A stretch of 54,984 nucleotides of DNA, taken from Thraustochytrium aureum. Lineage: Eukaryota. A program made the translations under genes and the position numbers. Shown one piece after another: positions 12,534 through 21,938 of this stretch. The DNA lies in NCBI GenBank assembly GCA_012862495.1, contig BLSG01000291.1, positions 120,105 through 175,088 on the forward strand, read 5' to 3'. Every line of letters begins with the position of its first letter. The stretch's first letter is position 1. The notes beneath the pieces were generated by a model. That model saw only the letters and a list, made by a program, of their open reading frames with translations, was not told the DNA's origin and made no database searches.

Positions 12534-15500
12534 TCAAACGATTGCCACGTCTTTGCCGATGCTCGGATTCGCAATGGCAAGGGCCGGCTCCGGCTTGCTT
12601 GGATGCTCGCTCAGGCCCGAAGCAGTGTTGCGCCGCTGCTTGATCACAACAAACCCGACGACAGCCGCGACGACAGCGAGGGTAACGAAAACGCCGATCG
12701 CAGCACCCGCGCCGCCGGAGAGGCCAGCGGTGTCGCTTTCGGAAGCCTCGCCGTCGCCCTTTTCTCCCTCCTTGCCCTCACCACTGCCGTCTCCTGGCCG
12801 GTCTCCTCCATCCAATGCGAAGCCCAGCGTAGCGGGAATCTTACAGCTTGGCTTGACGTCGTTGGCGGATACCTTGACGTACAGCGCGAGCTGAAGGTAA
12901 ACAGAGTCGAGGTGCGATTCGATCACCTTGGCATACGGACCGAGAGTGATATCGTACTTGGCCAGGAGAGGCGTGGGGTCCAGTTCGACGCGCGGATTCT
13001 TGATGCAGAGCCGAAAGTCGCTCGGGAGCCGAGTCCCAACATGTTCATCTTCCGCCACCTCAGAGCAGGACTGCGCTGTTACGATGGTTGGGTGCCCGGC
13101 CGGATCTTGGACGTCTGCGATGCGAAACGCATGACGCCGGCCCTGTTCGTCGATTTTAATGAATGGACCTCGCGGCTGAACGTTGATGGGAACAAACGTT
13201 GGCGAGCCCCCGACCCAATCGTCAAGGATTACAGGCCTGCCTTCGTCGGCGAGGTTCTCAAGCACAGCTGTGACGGCGAGGACTTCAGCACGGGTACCGC
13301 ACTCGGTCCCAATGCGTCGGGTCAGGTCGAGGGTGACGACAGTCTCGGAAGAGAGCGAACCGTTGCTTGCCAGCGCAGCGACCTCAAGCGCAGACATAAC
13401 TGGGAAGCGGACCCAGTCATCTCGCTGGACGGGGGCGTTGAGGATTGTGTTCGAGACGTCAGCCTTGACAGTGTTGATAAAGGCGCTCAGGCCGTCTTTC
13501 GGGTCGGTCGTGGAAAACACCTGGGCGAGGTTGCTGCTGCACGAGGCAGGAGCCTCGAGGGCTTGATACCAGGCCTGCGCGCATGCGTCACGTACGACAC
13601 CATCGTGCGCCTCAGAAACAAGCTTCTCAATGCGCTCTGCCACAGCCGCCCCCTTGACAACAGTAAGCTCTGGGACAGTGAGCCGAAACTGGTCCATGAC
13701 GTCCTTAAAGTCCAGAAAGAAATCGCTGATGGCGCCGTCCGAGGCCGAGGCCGCAATCTTTATCCGGTCGGCGGCATCCACCCATCGTGACTCGCTCTCC
13801 CCGTTGACTTTGGACTCGAGTCTCGCGATGCGCAAGTCTCGCGATGTCTGTACCAGCTCGACCATGCTGTCGTGCATGGTCTCGCCGAAGAGAACGACAC
13901 GATCGAGGATGTGGAGGTACTGATCCAGCTCGGCCAGCCCGCGCTGCGCCAGGGGGACAACCTGGTCGCAACCCTCCTTTTCGTTGAGAGCACGCTGGAG
14001 CTGCGCGCTGGATCGAGGCGGAGCCAAGCTGGTCTGCGTCGTTGCCCGCATTTTGAGCATTGCGGACGCGGGGAGCGCCGCAGCCGACTCGCTGCCCTCG
14101 AGCAGAAGCCGCCGCCCCGACACCGCGTCAGTAAAGTCGGCGTACATCTCTGAGGTCTTGAAGAAGCGTACCACCCGCGCTTGTACATCGCGCCAAAGCG
14201 AGCGCGAATTCGATTCGATCGACGAGACTCCTGCGGGCGGCTCATCAGAGGACATGATATCATAGACTTCGAGCAGGAGGAACGCTGAGGTCTCGGCAAG
14301 CTCGGTCACTGCCGTGGCAACATCCCTAAAGGTTTCATCGGCGGCCTTGAGGCCAGCATTTGCTGCATCCTCAATCCCCTTGCGTTGGCGGGCCTCGTCG
14401 ATTAGCGCGTAGACGCCGCCGAGCAGCTGTGCGGCGCCATCCATGCCCGGCACGCCGAGCGAACCTAGCGTTCCGAGGTTGCCCTGTACAAAGGTGACCC
14501 AGCCCTTGACGTCTTGGAGCTTTGGATTTGTGAGAAAGTCGATGCCGTTTGCGATGCCATCACGGATGATGTTTTTCTGCTCGTCGCTCAGGTCGGGCAA
14601 GTCCTCGCCAAAGTCTTGAACAAAATCGTCAAACGAGTACTCATCTCCCTCCTTGTCGTCACCATCGTCCTTGGTTCTCTTGCCGCGGCGTTTGCCGCGC
14701 TTGAACTTTGACCGCAAGAGCTTGTTGGCGTTCGACACTTGCTTGCTCATCGTTGCGCCAGCTTTCGCGGCACCTTTCTTGAGCGACGAGGCGCCTCCAG
14801 AAAGCACAAAGGCGCCGATCTCGCCTGCCATGGAGCCCGCGCCGATAATGACATCAAAAACCGCCGTCACGCGATTGCGGGCTAGCTGCGCGAGGGCCTC
14901 CTGCTTGCGGCACTCGTAAAACTCGCCAGCGGTGACGTTGAGGAAGCCCGAGTTCTCCACCAGCTCCTCAAAGAGCTCGGCAAAGCTCTGGTTGTCTGAG
15001 ATGATGCGCTCAAAGACGCTGTCGAGCTTGTCTTCGCCATCCACGACCTGAAGGTCTGCCACATTTTTGCGCCCACCGGCGTCCTGTGCAAGATTTCCAG
15101 CAAGCTCGCCAAACTTGGATGCCTGATCCTTGCTCACTTGGGCGTTGACGTTGGTGACGAGTTGGCCGAGCGCCGCGATGTTGATCTGCGTCTGCGAAAA
15201 ACCACTGCTGATCTGTTCACGCAGAGCGCTCCACGAGTCAAAAATGGCAGCGCTCAAAAACCCATAGTTTGCGTTGAGCTGCTCGAGGATGCGGGAGGTG
15301 TCTAGGTCGCTTTTGATGCGATCCAGGTTGCCAGGGCAGCCAAATCGGCGGCACACGCGGGGGACCCGCACCACGGTCTGCAACCGGTTTGCGTTGGCAG
15401 AAGACACTTCACGGGCAAGCCTGTCCAGCGTTGGGCTTAGCTCCAGGGCTACTTGCAAGTACGGGCTGGCCTTGCCCTCGAGGATTGCGAACCCGGCGCG

Positions 15501-18236
15501 GTGGCCGGCCATCGCCACGTCACGCACCGCTTGCAGAGCGCGGTGCGTGGCTCGAAGATCGGGCTCGATCCACACGTTGACCAAAACCGCTTCGCGCGCG
15601 GCGACGAGAAGCGACAGAGCCAGGGGCGTGCCTGCGAGGTCCTCGACGACCGAGCAGTACGCGATGGCAGCCACCGTGGTCGCCCACTCCGAGCGGGGAA
15701 ACGCAAGGCACTCTTTTGCTGGGTCAGCACGCATCGTCCCGGACGGACAGTCAAAGCTTGCTGCTGCGCGAGCACAGGTCCGGAACAGGGCCGAGGGTCC
15801 AAACGCCCGCACATAGCCGTCCACATCAAGGGTTTGGCCTGGGCCAAGCTCGGGCCTGAACGTGGCGTCCATCGTAAACTGAGGTTGCGGCGGGAGCAGA
15901 AGCGAGTGGGCCTCTTTCGAGCCGCGGCAAGGCTGTGCCAGCAACTGAGGCAATGTAAGTGTGTGGCGGAGCCGCCGTCTAGCAGGCCAACCTTGACNNN
16001 NNNNNNNNNNNNNNNNNNNNNNNNNNNNNNNNNNNNNNNNNNNNNNNNNNNNNNNNNNNNNNNNNNNNNNNNNNNNNNNNNNNNNNNNNNNNNNNNNNNN
16101 NNNNNNNNNNNNNNNNNNNNNNNNNNNNNNNNNNNNNNNNNNNNNNNNNNNNNNNNNNNNNNNNNNNNNNNNNNNNNNNNNNNNNNNNNNNNNNNNNNNN
16201 NNNNNNNNNNNNNNNNNNNNNNNNNNNNNNNNNNNNNNNNNNNNNNNNNNNNNNNNNNNNNNNNNNNNNNNNNNNNNNNNNNNNNNNNNNNNNNNNNNNN
16301 NNNNNNNNNNNNNNNNNNNNNNNNNNNNNNNNNNCCTATCCCGCAAGTACTGCAGCTCGAGCCACGGGTCGGAGCCTCCGGGTGGCGTGTGTGAGCACGA
16401 GGAGGCCGTCCCATCGGTGAAAGAGGAGGTTGTATCTCCGTCGATCGCGTGCGAGGCCAGATACACGGAGAATTGCTGGCTTTGACGCGCCCCGACGAAC
16501 GACACCCTTCGCCCGCTCTTGGTGGTGCCCATGACTTCGCATACGGTGAGGATCTTGTCCTTTCCAGGAAGGACAAAGCGCACCGTGCCGAGCGCGTCGC
16601 AGCGCTCCTTCTTCGGCACCAGGCGCCAGGCGGCCGAGACCTGTGCCAGCAAGCTCTGTCGTTCGATGTTTGTATTGTCGGCTGCTGTGCGCAAGCTGTC
16701 CAAGCTGGTGCGCATTTCGGCCAACTCGTCTGCGAAGACATGCTCGGCGTATCGACTGTGCCGTCCGACGCGAATCTCTGCAAGGAGCTCCTCGGTGCAC
16801 TCGACGAGAATCTCCAAAGCGTTGTCCAGGTCCTCCTCGGCCGTGGTGTTCAGGACTGTTGTCACGAACGCGTGCATAGCAGGAATGTTTGGCTTGGCCT
16901 TGCATCGGTTTTTGGAGGCATCCCAAATGAGCGCGAGTCCCTCAGACTCGAGGCCAGTGCATACCGACTGTCCCGCGTCGCCGGTGGACTGGCCGGCCGG
17001 GCACTTGGTGCAGTTTTGGGCGTTGGCTTCGTTTGGTGTGCTCCCGATAGGGCACGGTGTGCACGAGGACTGGCCACCCGCGGTCCCAAACCCATTTGAA
17101 AGCGAGCACTTGTCGCACGAGGTCATGCCGAAGCCGCTTGCCTTGGTGCCGGGAAGGCAACTGTTGAACCTGGACGCTCCCGTCCCGGGCACGACAGTTC
17201 CCGGAGGCGCGCTTTTGCAGCTTGTCTGGCCCTTTTCATCTTGGTACATGCCAGGAGGGCACGCGGTCTTGGTGTTTTCCGAGCACTTCGACCCCACTGG
17301 GCAAATCGTCCGCACCACATTGTTCGAAGCCCCGATTGTGCAAGTGTAGCCTGGAGGGCACGTGGTGCAAACCGATAGACCACCTAGCGTGTTGTGGGGG
17401 CATGGTTCGCACGTCGTCTTCCCCGAGCTTGGCTGGTATGTCTGTCGGGGGCAATCAACGCAGTGGTTTATCGAGGTCCTGGACTTGGTTGAGTCGCCAA
17501 ACTGGCCCGACCGGCACTTTATGCATACTGAATACCCCTGACGGGACCACGTCCCGGCTACGCAGGCCCTGCAGCTGGTTGACCCGGAGGACGATGACTG
17601 GCCAGCGGGACAGGGTTGGCAGCCCGTTGCGCTTACGCGCTTCTGCCCGGCTGGGCACACCGCGCAGAAGCCACCATTCGCGGCTTCGCTCGACTTTTGC
17701 TCAGAGGCGCTGCATGAAACGCACGAGACTTTGCTTGCGGCGGGTTCCTCGCCCGCCGGACACCATCTAGTAGTGCTACCGCCGTTGCAAACTTTGCCGC
17801 GTGGACAAGTGGAGCAAATGCGATCGACTCCCCTGCTTGCCTCGCGCGTGCGAACCTCGGATCTCGAGCACGCGGCAGTCTCGGCATCCGACACGGTGTA
17901 CCAACCGCGGCAGACATCTGTTGCCGACCAGAACGCAGCGCAGTCTGCCGTGATTCTGCTTGCCCCAATCTGTACGAGATCGAAGGCTTGGTTGGTCCGA
18001 TGGCTCCTCAACACTCGGTTCGAGGAGTCGTAAAACGTGATCACGATATCGTGGTGGTTTTCCGGTTCGTACTTGATCCACATCGCGGGTTCGCGTTTGC
18101 TGGACGTCCATACTAGGTCTGGAGCGCTAGCGTGGTGGTCGTGCCTTTCCCTTCCTCCCGAGACAGAGGCCCATGTTCTCGTCGCCTGGGTCGTAAGGAC
18201 AACGGCCAAGATGAGGTTGCGCAGCGTCGCGCGCAT
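12534..18236 (-). CDS. ~1900-aa type I membrane protein: signal peptide, Cys-rich (GCC2/GCC3, TNFR-like) repeats, F-type lectin-like domain, long helical region, beta domain, TM helix
   Basis: N-terminus MRATLRNLILAVVLTTQA. Many CxxCPxG repeats (~16950-17830). QSQQF...ASHAIDG...SCSHT...DPW is a fucolectin-type motif. TM AAIGVFVTLAVVAAVVGFVVI is followed by KQRR. The gene spans gap 15998-16334. Confidence 0.8.
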   Translation of the reverse strand: MRATLRNLILAVVLTTQATRTWASVSGGRERHDHHASAPDLVWTSSKREPAMWIKYEPENHHDIVITFYDSSNRVLRSHRTNQAFDLVQIGASRITADCAAFWSATDVCRGWYTVSDAETAACSRSEVRTREASRGVDRICSTCPRGKVCNGGSTTRWCPAGEEPAASKVSCVSCSASEQKSSEAANGGFCAVCPAGQKRVSATGCQPCPAGQSSSSGSTSCRACVAGTWSRQGYSVCIKCRSGQFGDSTKSRTSINHCVDCPRQTYQPSSGKTTCEPCPHNTLGGLSVCTTCPPGYTCTIGASNNVVRTICPVGSKCSENTKTACPPGMYQDEKGQTSCKSAPPGTVVPGTGASRFNSCLPGTKASGFGMTSCDKCSLSNGFGTAGGQSSCTPCPIGSTPNEANAQNCTKCPAGQSTGDAGQSVCTGLESEGLALIWDASKNRCKAKPNIPAMHAFVTTVLNTTAEEDLDNALEILVECTEELLAEIRVGRHSRYAEHVFADELAEMRTSLDSLRTAADNTNIERQSLLAQVSAAWRLVPKKERCDALGTVRFVLPGKDKILTVCEVMGTTKSGRRVSFVGARQSQQFSVYLASHAIDGDTTSSFTDGTASSCSHTPPGGSDPWLELQYLRDRXXXXXXXXXXXXXXXXXXXXXXXXXXXXXXXXXXXXXXXXXXXXXXXXXXXXXXXXXXXXXXXXXXXXXXXXXXXXXXXXXXXXXXXXXXXXXXXXXXXXXXXXXXXXXXXXXQGWPARRRLRHTLTLPQLLAQPCRGSKEAHSLLLPPQPQFTMDATFRPELGPGQTLDVDGYVRAFGPSALFRTCARAAASFDCPSGTMRADPAKECLAFPRSEWATTVAAIAYCSVVEDLAGTPLALSLLVAAREAVLVNVWIEPDLRATHRALQAVRDVAMAGHRAGFAILEGKASPYLQVALELSPTLDRLAREVSSANANRLQTVVRVPRVCRRFGCPGNLDRIKSDLDTSRILEQLNANYGFLSAAIFDSWSALREQISSGFSQTQINIAALGQLVTNVNAQVSKDQASKFGELAGNLAQDAGGRKNVADLQVVDGEDKLDSVFERIISDNQSFAELFEELVENSGFLNVTAGEFYECRKQEALAQLARNRVTAVFDVIIGAGSMAGEIGAFVLSGGASSLKKGAAKAGATMSKQVSNANKLLRSKFKRGKRRGKRTKDDGDDKEGDEYSFDDFVQDFGEDLPDLSDEQKNIIRDGIANGIDFLTNPKLQDVKGWVTFVQGNLGTLGSLGVPGMDGAAQLLGGVYALIDEARQRKGIEDAANAGLKAADETFRDVATAVTELAETSAFLLLEVYDIMSSDEPPAGVSSIESNSRSLWRDVQARVVRFFKTSEMYADFTDAVSGRRLLLEGSESAAALPASAMLKMRATTQTSLAPPRSSAQLQRALNEKEGCDQVVPLAQRGLAELDQYLHILDRVVLFGETMHDSMVELVQTSRDLRIARLESKVNGESESRWVDAADRIKIAASASDGAISDFFLDFKDVMDQFRLTVPELTVVKGAAVAERIEKLVSEAHDGVVRDACAQAWYQALEAPASCSSNLAQVFSTTDPKDGLSAFINTVKADVSNTILNAPVQRDDWVRFPVMSALEVAALASNGSLSSETVVTLDLTRRIGTECGTRAEVLAVTAVLENLADEGRPVILDDWVGGSPTFVPINVQPRGPFIKIDEQGRRHAFRIADVQDPAGHPTIVTAQSCSEVAEDEHVGTRLPSDFRLCIKNPRVELDPTPLLAKYDITLGPYAKVIESHLDSVYLQLALYVKVSANDVKPSCKIPATLGFALDGGDRPGDGSGEGKEGEKGDGEASESDTAGLSGGAGAAIGVFVTLAVVAAVVGFVVIKQRRNTASGLSEHPSKPEPALAIANPSIGKDVAIV

Positions 18237-19358
18237 GATCTCCCTTGCGCTCCTTCGCGCGCTTGCTTTCAATCAATCAAACGCTGCTCCTGCGCCCGCT
18301 CGCCCTGTTGTTGGCTGTTCGCTTTCGTTGTTCCTATGCCACTTGTTGCTTCGCGCAGCTCTTTCACTGATCAGCCTGAGCTGATGGGGGGGGGTTTGTT
18401 GGCCTTCTTCCTGTCCATGCGTGCGCCCACGTTGAGAGCCCCATCAAGGAGGCGCCACGGCGGTGAGATAGGCGTACTCCAAACAAGTAGACGGTAAGGA
18501 CCACGAGGCGGAGAGCCTGCGCGCGCTCCGAGCTGAACCTCTGATGANNNNNNNNNNNNNNNNNNNNNNNNNNNNNNNNNNNNNNNNNNNNNNNNNNNNN
18601 NNNNNNNNNNNNNNNNNNNNNNNNNNNNNNNNNNNNNNNNNNNNNNNNNNNNNNNNNNNNNNNNNNNNNNNNNNNNNNNNNNNNNNNNNNNNNNNNNNNN
18701 NNNNNNNNNNNNNNNNNNNNNNNNNNNNNNNNNNNNNNNNNNNNNNNNNNNNNNNNNNNNNNNNNNNNNNNNNNNNNNNNNNNNNNNNNNNNNNNNNNNN
18801 NNNNNNNNNNNNNNNNNNNNNNNNNNNNNNNNNNNNNNNNNNNNNNNNNNNNNNNNNNNNNNNNNNNNNNNNNNNNNNNNNNNNNNNNNNNNNNNNNNNN
18901 NNNNNNNNNNNNNNNNNNNNNNNNNNNNNNNNNNNNNNNNNNNNNNNNNNNNNNNNNNNNNNNNNNNNNNNNNNNNNNNNNNNNNNNNNNNNNNNNNNNN
19001 NNNNNNNNNNNNNNNNNNNNNNNNNNNNNNNNNNNNNNNNNNNNNNNNNNNNNNNNNNNNNNNNNNNNNNNNNNNNNNNNNNNNNNNNNNNNNNNNNNNN
19101 NNNNNNNNNNNNNNNNNNNNNNNNNNNNNNNNNNNNNNNNNNNNNNNNNNNNNNNNNNNNNNNNNNNNNNNNNNNNNNNNNNNNNNNNNNNNNNNNNNNN
19201 NNNNNNNNNNNNNNNNNNNNNNNNNNNNNNNNNNNNNNNNNNNNNNNNNNNNNNNNNNNNNNNNNNNNNNNNNNNNNNNNNNNNNNNNNNNNNNNNNNNN
19301 NNNNNNNNNNNNNNNNNNNNNNNNNNNNNNNNNNNNNNNNNNNNNNNNNNNNNNNNNC

Positions 19359-19844
19359 AAGTTTCACGAGCGCTCCAGCGAGTGGACGTTTGCGAGGGGG
19401 AATAGCAACGCCCTTCTCCCCGCCCCCGACCACATCGAAAGGGACCACAGCACGTACTTTGCGGGCGTCCTCGACTCCGCTTTGGGAATACTCTCCGCGG
19501 CCGGCGACGCGATCCAGTCGGGCAAGCTCGACGACTTGGTGGATCGTCGCAAGGGGACGCTCTACGACGACTCGCTGTCTCCTTTGCTCTGGTATGTATT
19601 CCCGGAAGAGGTTCTCGACAGCGTGTCAGTGGACCCGGGCGGTGATCCTGGCCTGCACCCTGAAGAGTATTGGGAAAACGTGGCCGCGGCCGAGGCGGCT
19701 AATCGAGCTGCAATCGGGCGCAAGGGCAAGGGCCTGGCCGCGACGCCCAGCGACTCGCTCAAGAAGAGCCGCCTGACATCCTTGCGCGCCGTGCTGTCCG
19801 TCCGGAGCAAGAAGCTCGCGGAGCTTTTGAAAGTCAACTCGTAG
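19359..19844 (+). CDS. 3' end of a hypothetical protein (5' part in gap 18548-19357)
   Basis: Open frame with coding-like composition running out of the gap to TAG at 19842-19844. No recognisable family. Confidence 0.5.
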   Translation, partial: KFHERSSEWTFARGNSNALLPAPDHIERDHSTYFAGVLDSALGILSAAGDAIQSGKLDDLVDRRKGTLYDDSLSPLLWYVFPEEVLDSVSVDPGGDPGLHPEEYWENVAAAEAANRAAIGRKGKGLAATPSDSLKKSRLTSLRAVLSVRSKKLAELLKVNS

Positions 19845-20179
19845 GTATGTACTCGAGTACCTCTAGAGTCACTGCAAACAGCCGTTTAATTCTGCTGCGC
19901 GGAGTGAATCCGCCATGCTTGCCTTCCCTGCAGGTGCGCCGCGACTTGAACTCTGCGTTGCCATGCCGGTAGAGAACGACACTCGAAATGCAGCCTCCTT
20001 CCCTTGTAGAGTAGGGTAGGTACTCGACGTGCCTTCAAATGACGTGAATACGGAGCAAGGAGCGCGTGGGCTTTCGATGAATCGCGCTGGCCGTTACCAG
20101 GGACTGGCGCTGCGCGCGTCGCGCTGGCCAGGGTACCTACCCTCTACTCGCTAGAAACCTCTTTGGACACACAGACGAG

Positions 20180-20277
20180 AAACCTAACCGAACCTAACCG
20201 AACCTATCCAAACCTATTCGAACCCTAGCTAGCGAACCCTAACCAACCCTAACCAACCCTAGCTAACCCTAACCAAC
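20180..20277. repeat. Degenerate telomere-like (AACCCT/AACCTA) tract
   Basis: aacctaaccg aacctaaccg aacctatcc ... aaccctaacc aaccctaacc aaccctagct aaccctaacc, with a period of about 10 nt. Confidence 0.8.
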
Positions 20278-20695
20278 ATGATCGGGCTTTGTTTGTTTTG
20301 TTCTCTCTGCTCTCGAGTACTCCACCATGATGACGTCCGACTTGCCGATCTACTACTACATATCTTGCCTGGCGTGGCACTCGAGCGCGAAGNNNNNNNN
20401 NNNNNNNNNNNNNNNNNNNNNNNNNNNNNNNNNNNNNNNNNNNNNNNNNNNNNNNNNNNNNNNNNNNNNNNNNNNNNNNNNNNNNNNNNNNNNNNNNNNN
20501 NNNNNNNNNNNNNNNNNNNNNNNNNNNNNNNNNNNNNNNNNNNNNNNNNNNNNNNNNNNNNNNNNNNNNNNNNNNNNNNNNNNNNNNNNNNNNNNNNNNN
20601 NNNNNNNNNNNNNNNNNNNNNNNNNNNNNNNNNNNNNNNNNNNNNNNNNNNNNNNNNNNNNNNNNNNNNNNNNNNNNNNNNNNNNNNNNNNNNNN

Positions 20696-21749
20696 ACGCC
20701 AGACGTGCAGGTGCGGTCCCACACGACGCGCTGTACTATGGCAAGTGCCTTGCGGGCGGCGCGTTGGCGTGCGGCGTGACGCACACCGCGCTGTGCCCCG
20801 TGGATGTCGCAAAAGTCTCGATGCAAGTCGAGCCGCAGAAATACAAGTCGCTCGGTGGCGCGCTCAGGCTGCTCTACGCCGAGAACGGGTTTGGCGGCAT
20901 CACGCGTGGCTGGGCGGCCACGGGATTCGGGTACTCGCTGCAAGGCATGTTCAAGTTTGGCCTGAACGAGGTCTGCAAGGACGAGTTTGCCAACATGGCT
21001 GGCGAGGAAAACTCCACCAAGTATCGCGGCCTGCTGTGGGCCGCCTCGGCGGCGTCCGCCGAACTTGTGGCTGACGTGTTCCTCTGCCCTTTTGAAATGG
21101 TCAAGGTCAAGCAGCAAACCGCGTTTGATTTCCCGGGCCGCTTTGCGGCCGCTGCGGCAGCCATGAGCGCGGATCGAGCCAACACGCGCTTTCCATTCGG
21201 GTCGATCGGTCCGCTCTGGGCGCGCCAAATCCCGTACACTGTTGCCAAGTTCGTGGGGTTTGAGTTTGTGGTGGAGCAGTTCTACACGCACGTCTTTCAG
21301 GCTCCCAAAGACTCGTACCCAAAGTCGACGCAGCTTGGCATCACCTTTAGCTCGGGCTGTAAGTCTTTTGTTGCTGCTGGGGTTTGCTTGCTTGTCCCAC
21401 CGGATGTTGAGTTGTTGGAGTTTTCGCGCCGCACGACGCTGACATCAGACACCCCGACCTCGAACCCGGCGTGCTGCTCTTGCTCCGCGCAGACATCGCC
21501 GGCGTCTTTTGCGCTCTGGTCAGCCAGCCGGCAGACAACCTCGTCAGCCAGATGGGCAAGTCCAGTAACAAAGGCAAGGGTTTCGCGGAGATCGCTCGAG
21601 AGGTCGGGGCGCGCAACTTGTTCCTCTCTGGCCTGGGCAGCCGCATGTTTATGATCGGCACGCTTACAGGCCTCCAGTGGTACATTTTTGACACCTGGAA
21701 GGTGGCCGTCGGTCTCGGCACCACTGGAGGAAACCACGCCCAAAAGTAG
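20696..21749 (+). CDS. SLC25A3: Mitochondrial phosphate carrier (SLC25A3/Mir1/Pic2 family), paralog 1; intron 21359-21492; start in gap
   Basis: Motifs ACGVTH..LCPVDVAK, GYSLQGMFKFG, LCPFEMVKV, RQIPYT, SQPAD, RMFMIGTLTGLQW. GTAAGT...GCAG intron with CTGAC. Confidence 0.93.
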
Positions 21750-21938
21750 CCGCAAAGCGCCGTGGGCTTCGGCAGGCGGTCGCTGGATGCCCTCGAACGG
21801 ATCGAGTACGGCGGAAGCGAGCGGGCCCGGCCCCTTGGCGTCCTGGGGGCGTGCGGCAACAAACGTAAATAGATGCGAAAAAATGATGATTCACATCACA
21901 TGGTCCGCCGCCCGGCCCGCGGCGACCAGGAGTGCTCA

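Noticed and set aside
18371..19776. Long ORFs that cross N-runs (also 3796-5218, 33509-34619, 45260-47503)
   Set aside because: Their length is an artefact of translating Ns as X.
20180..20277. True chromosome end
   Set aside because: The tract is short, degenerate and flanked by genes on both sides.
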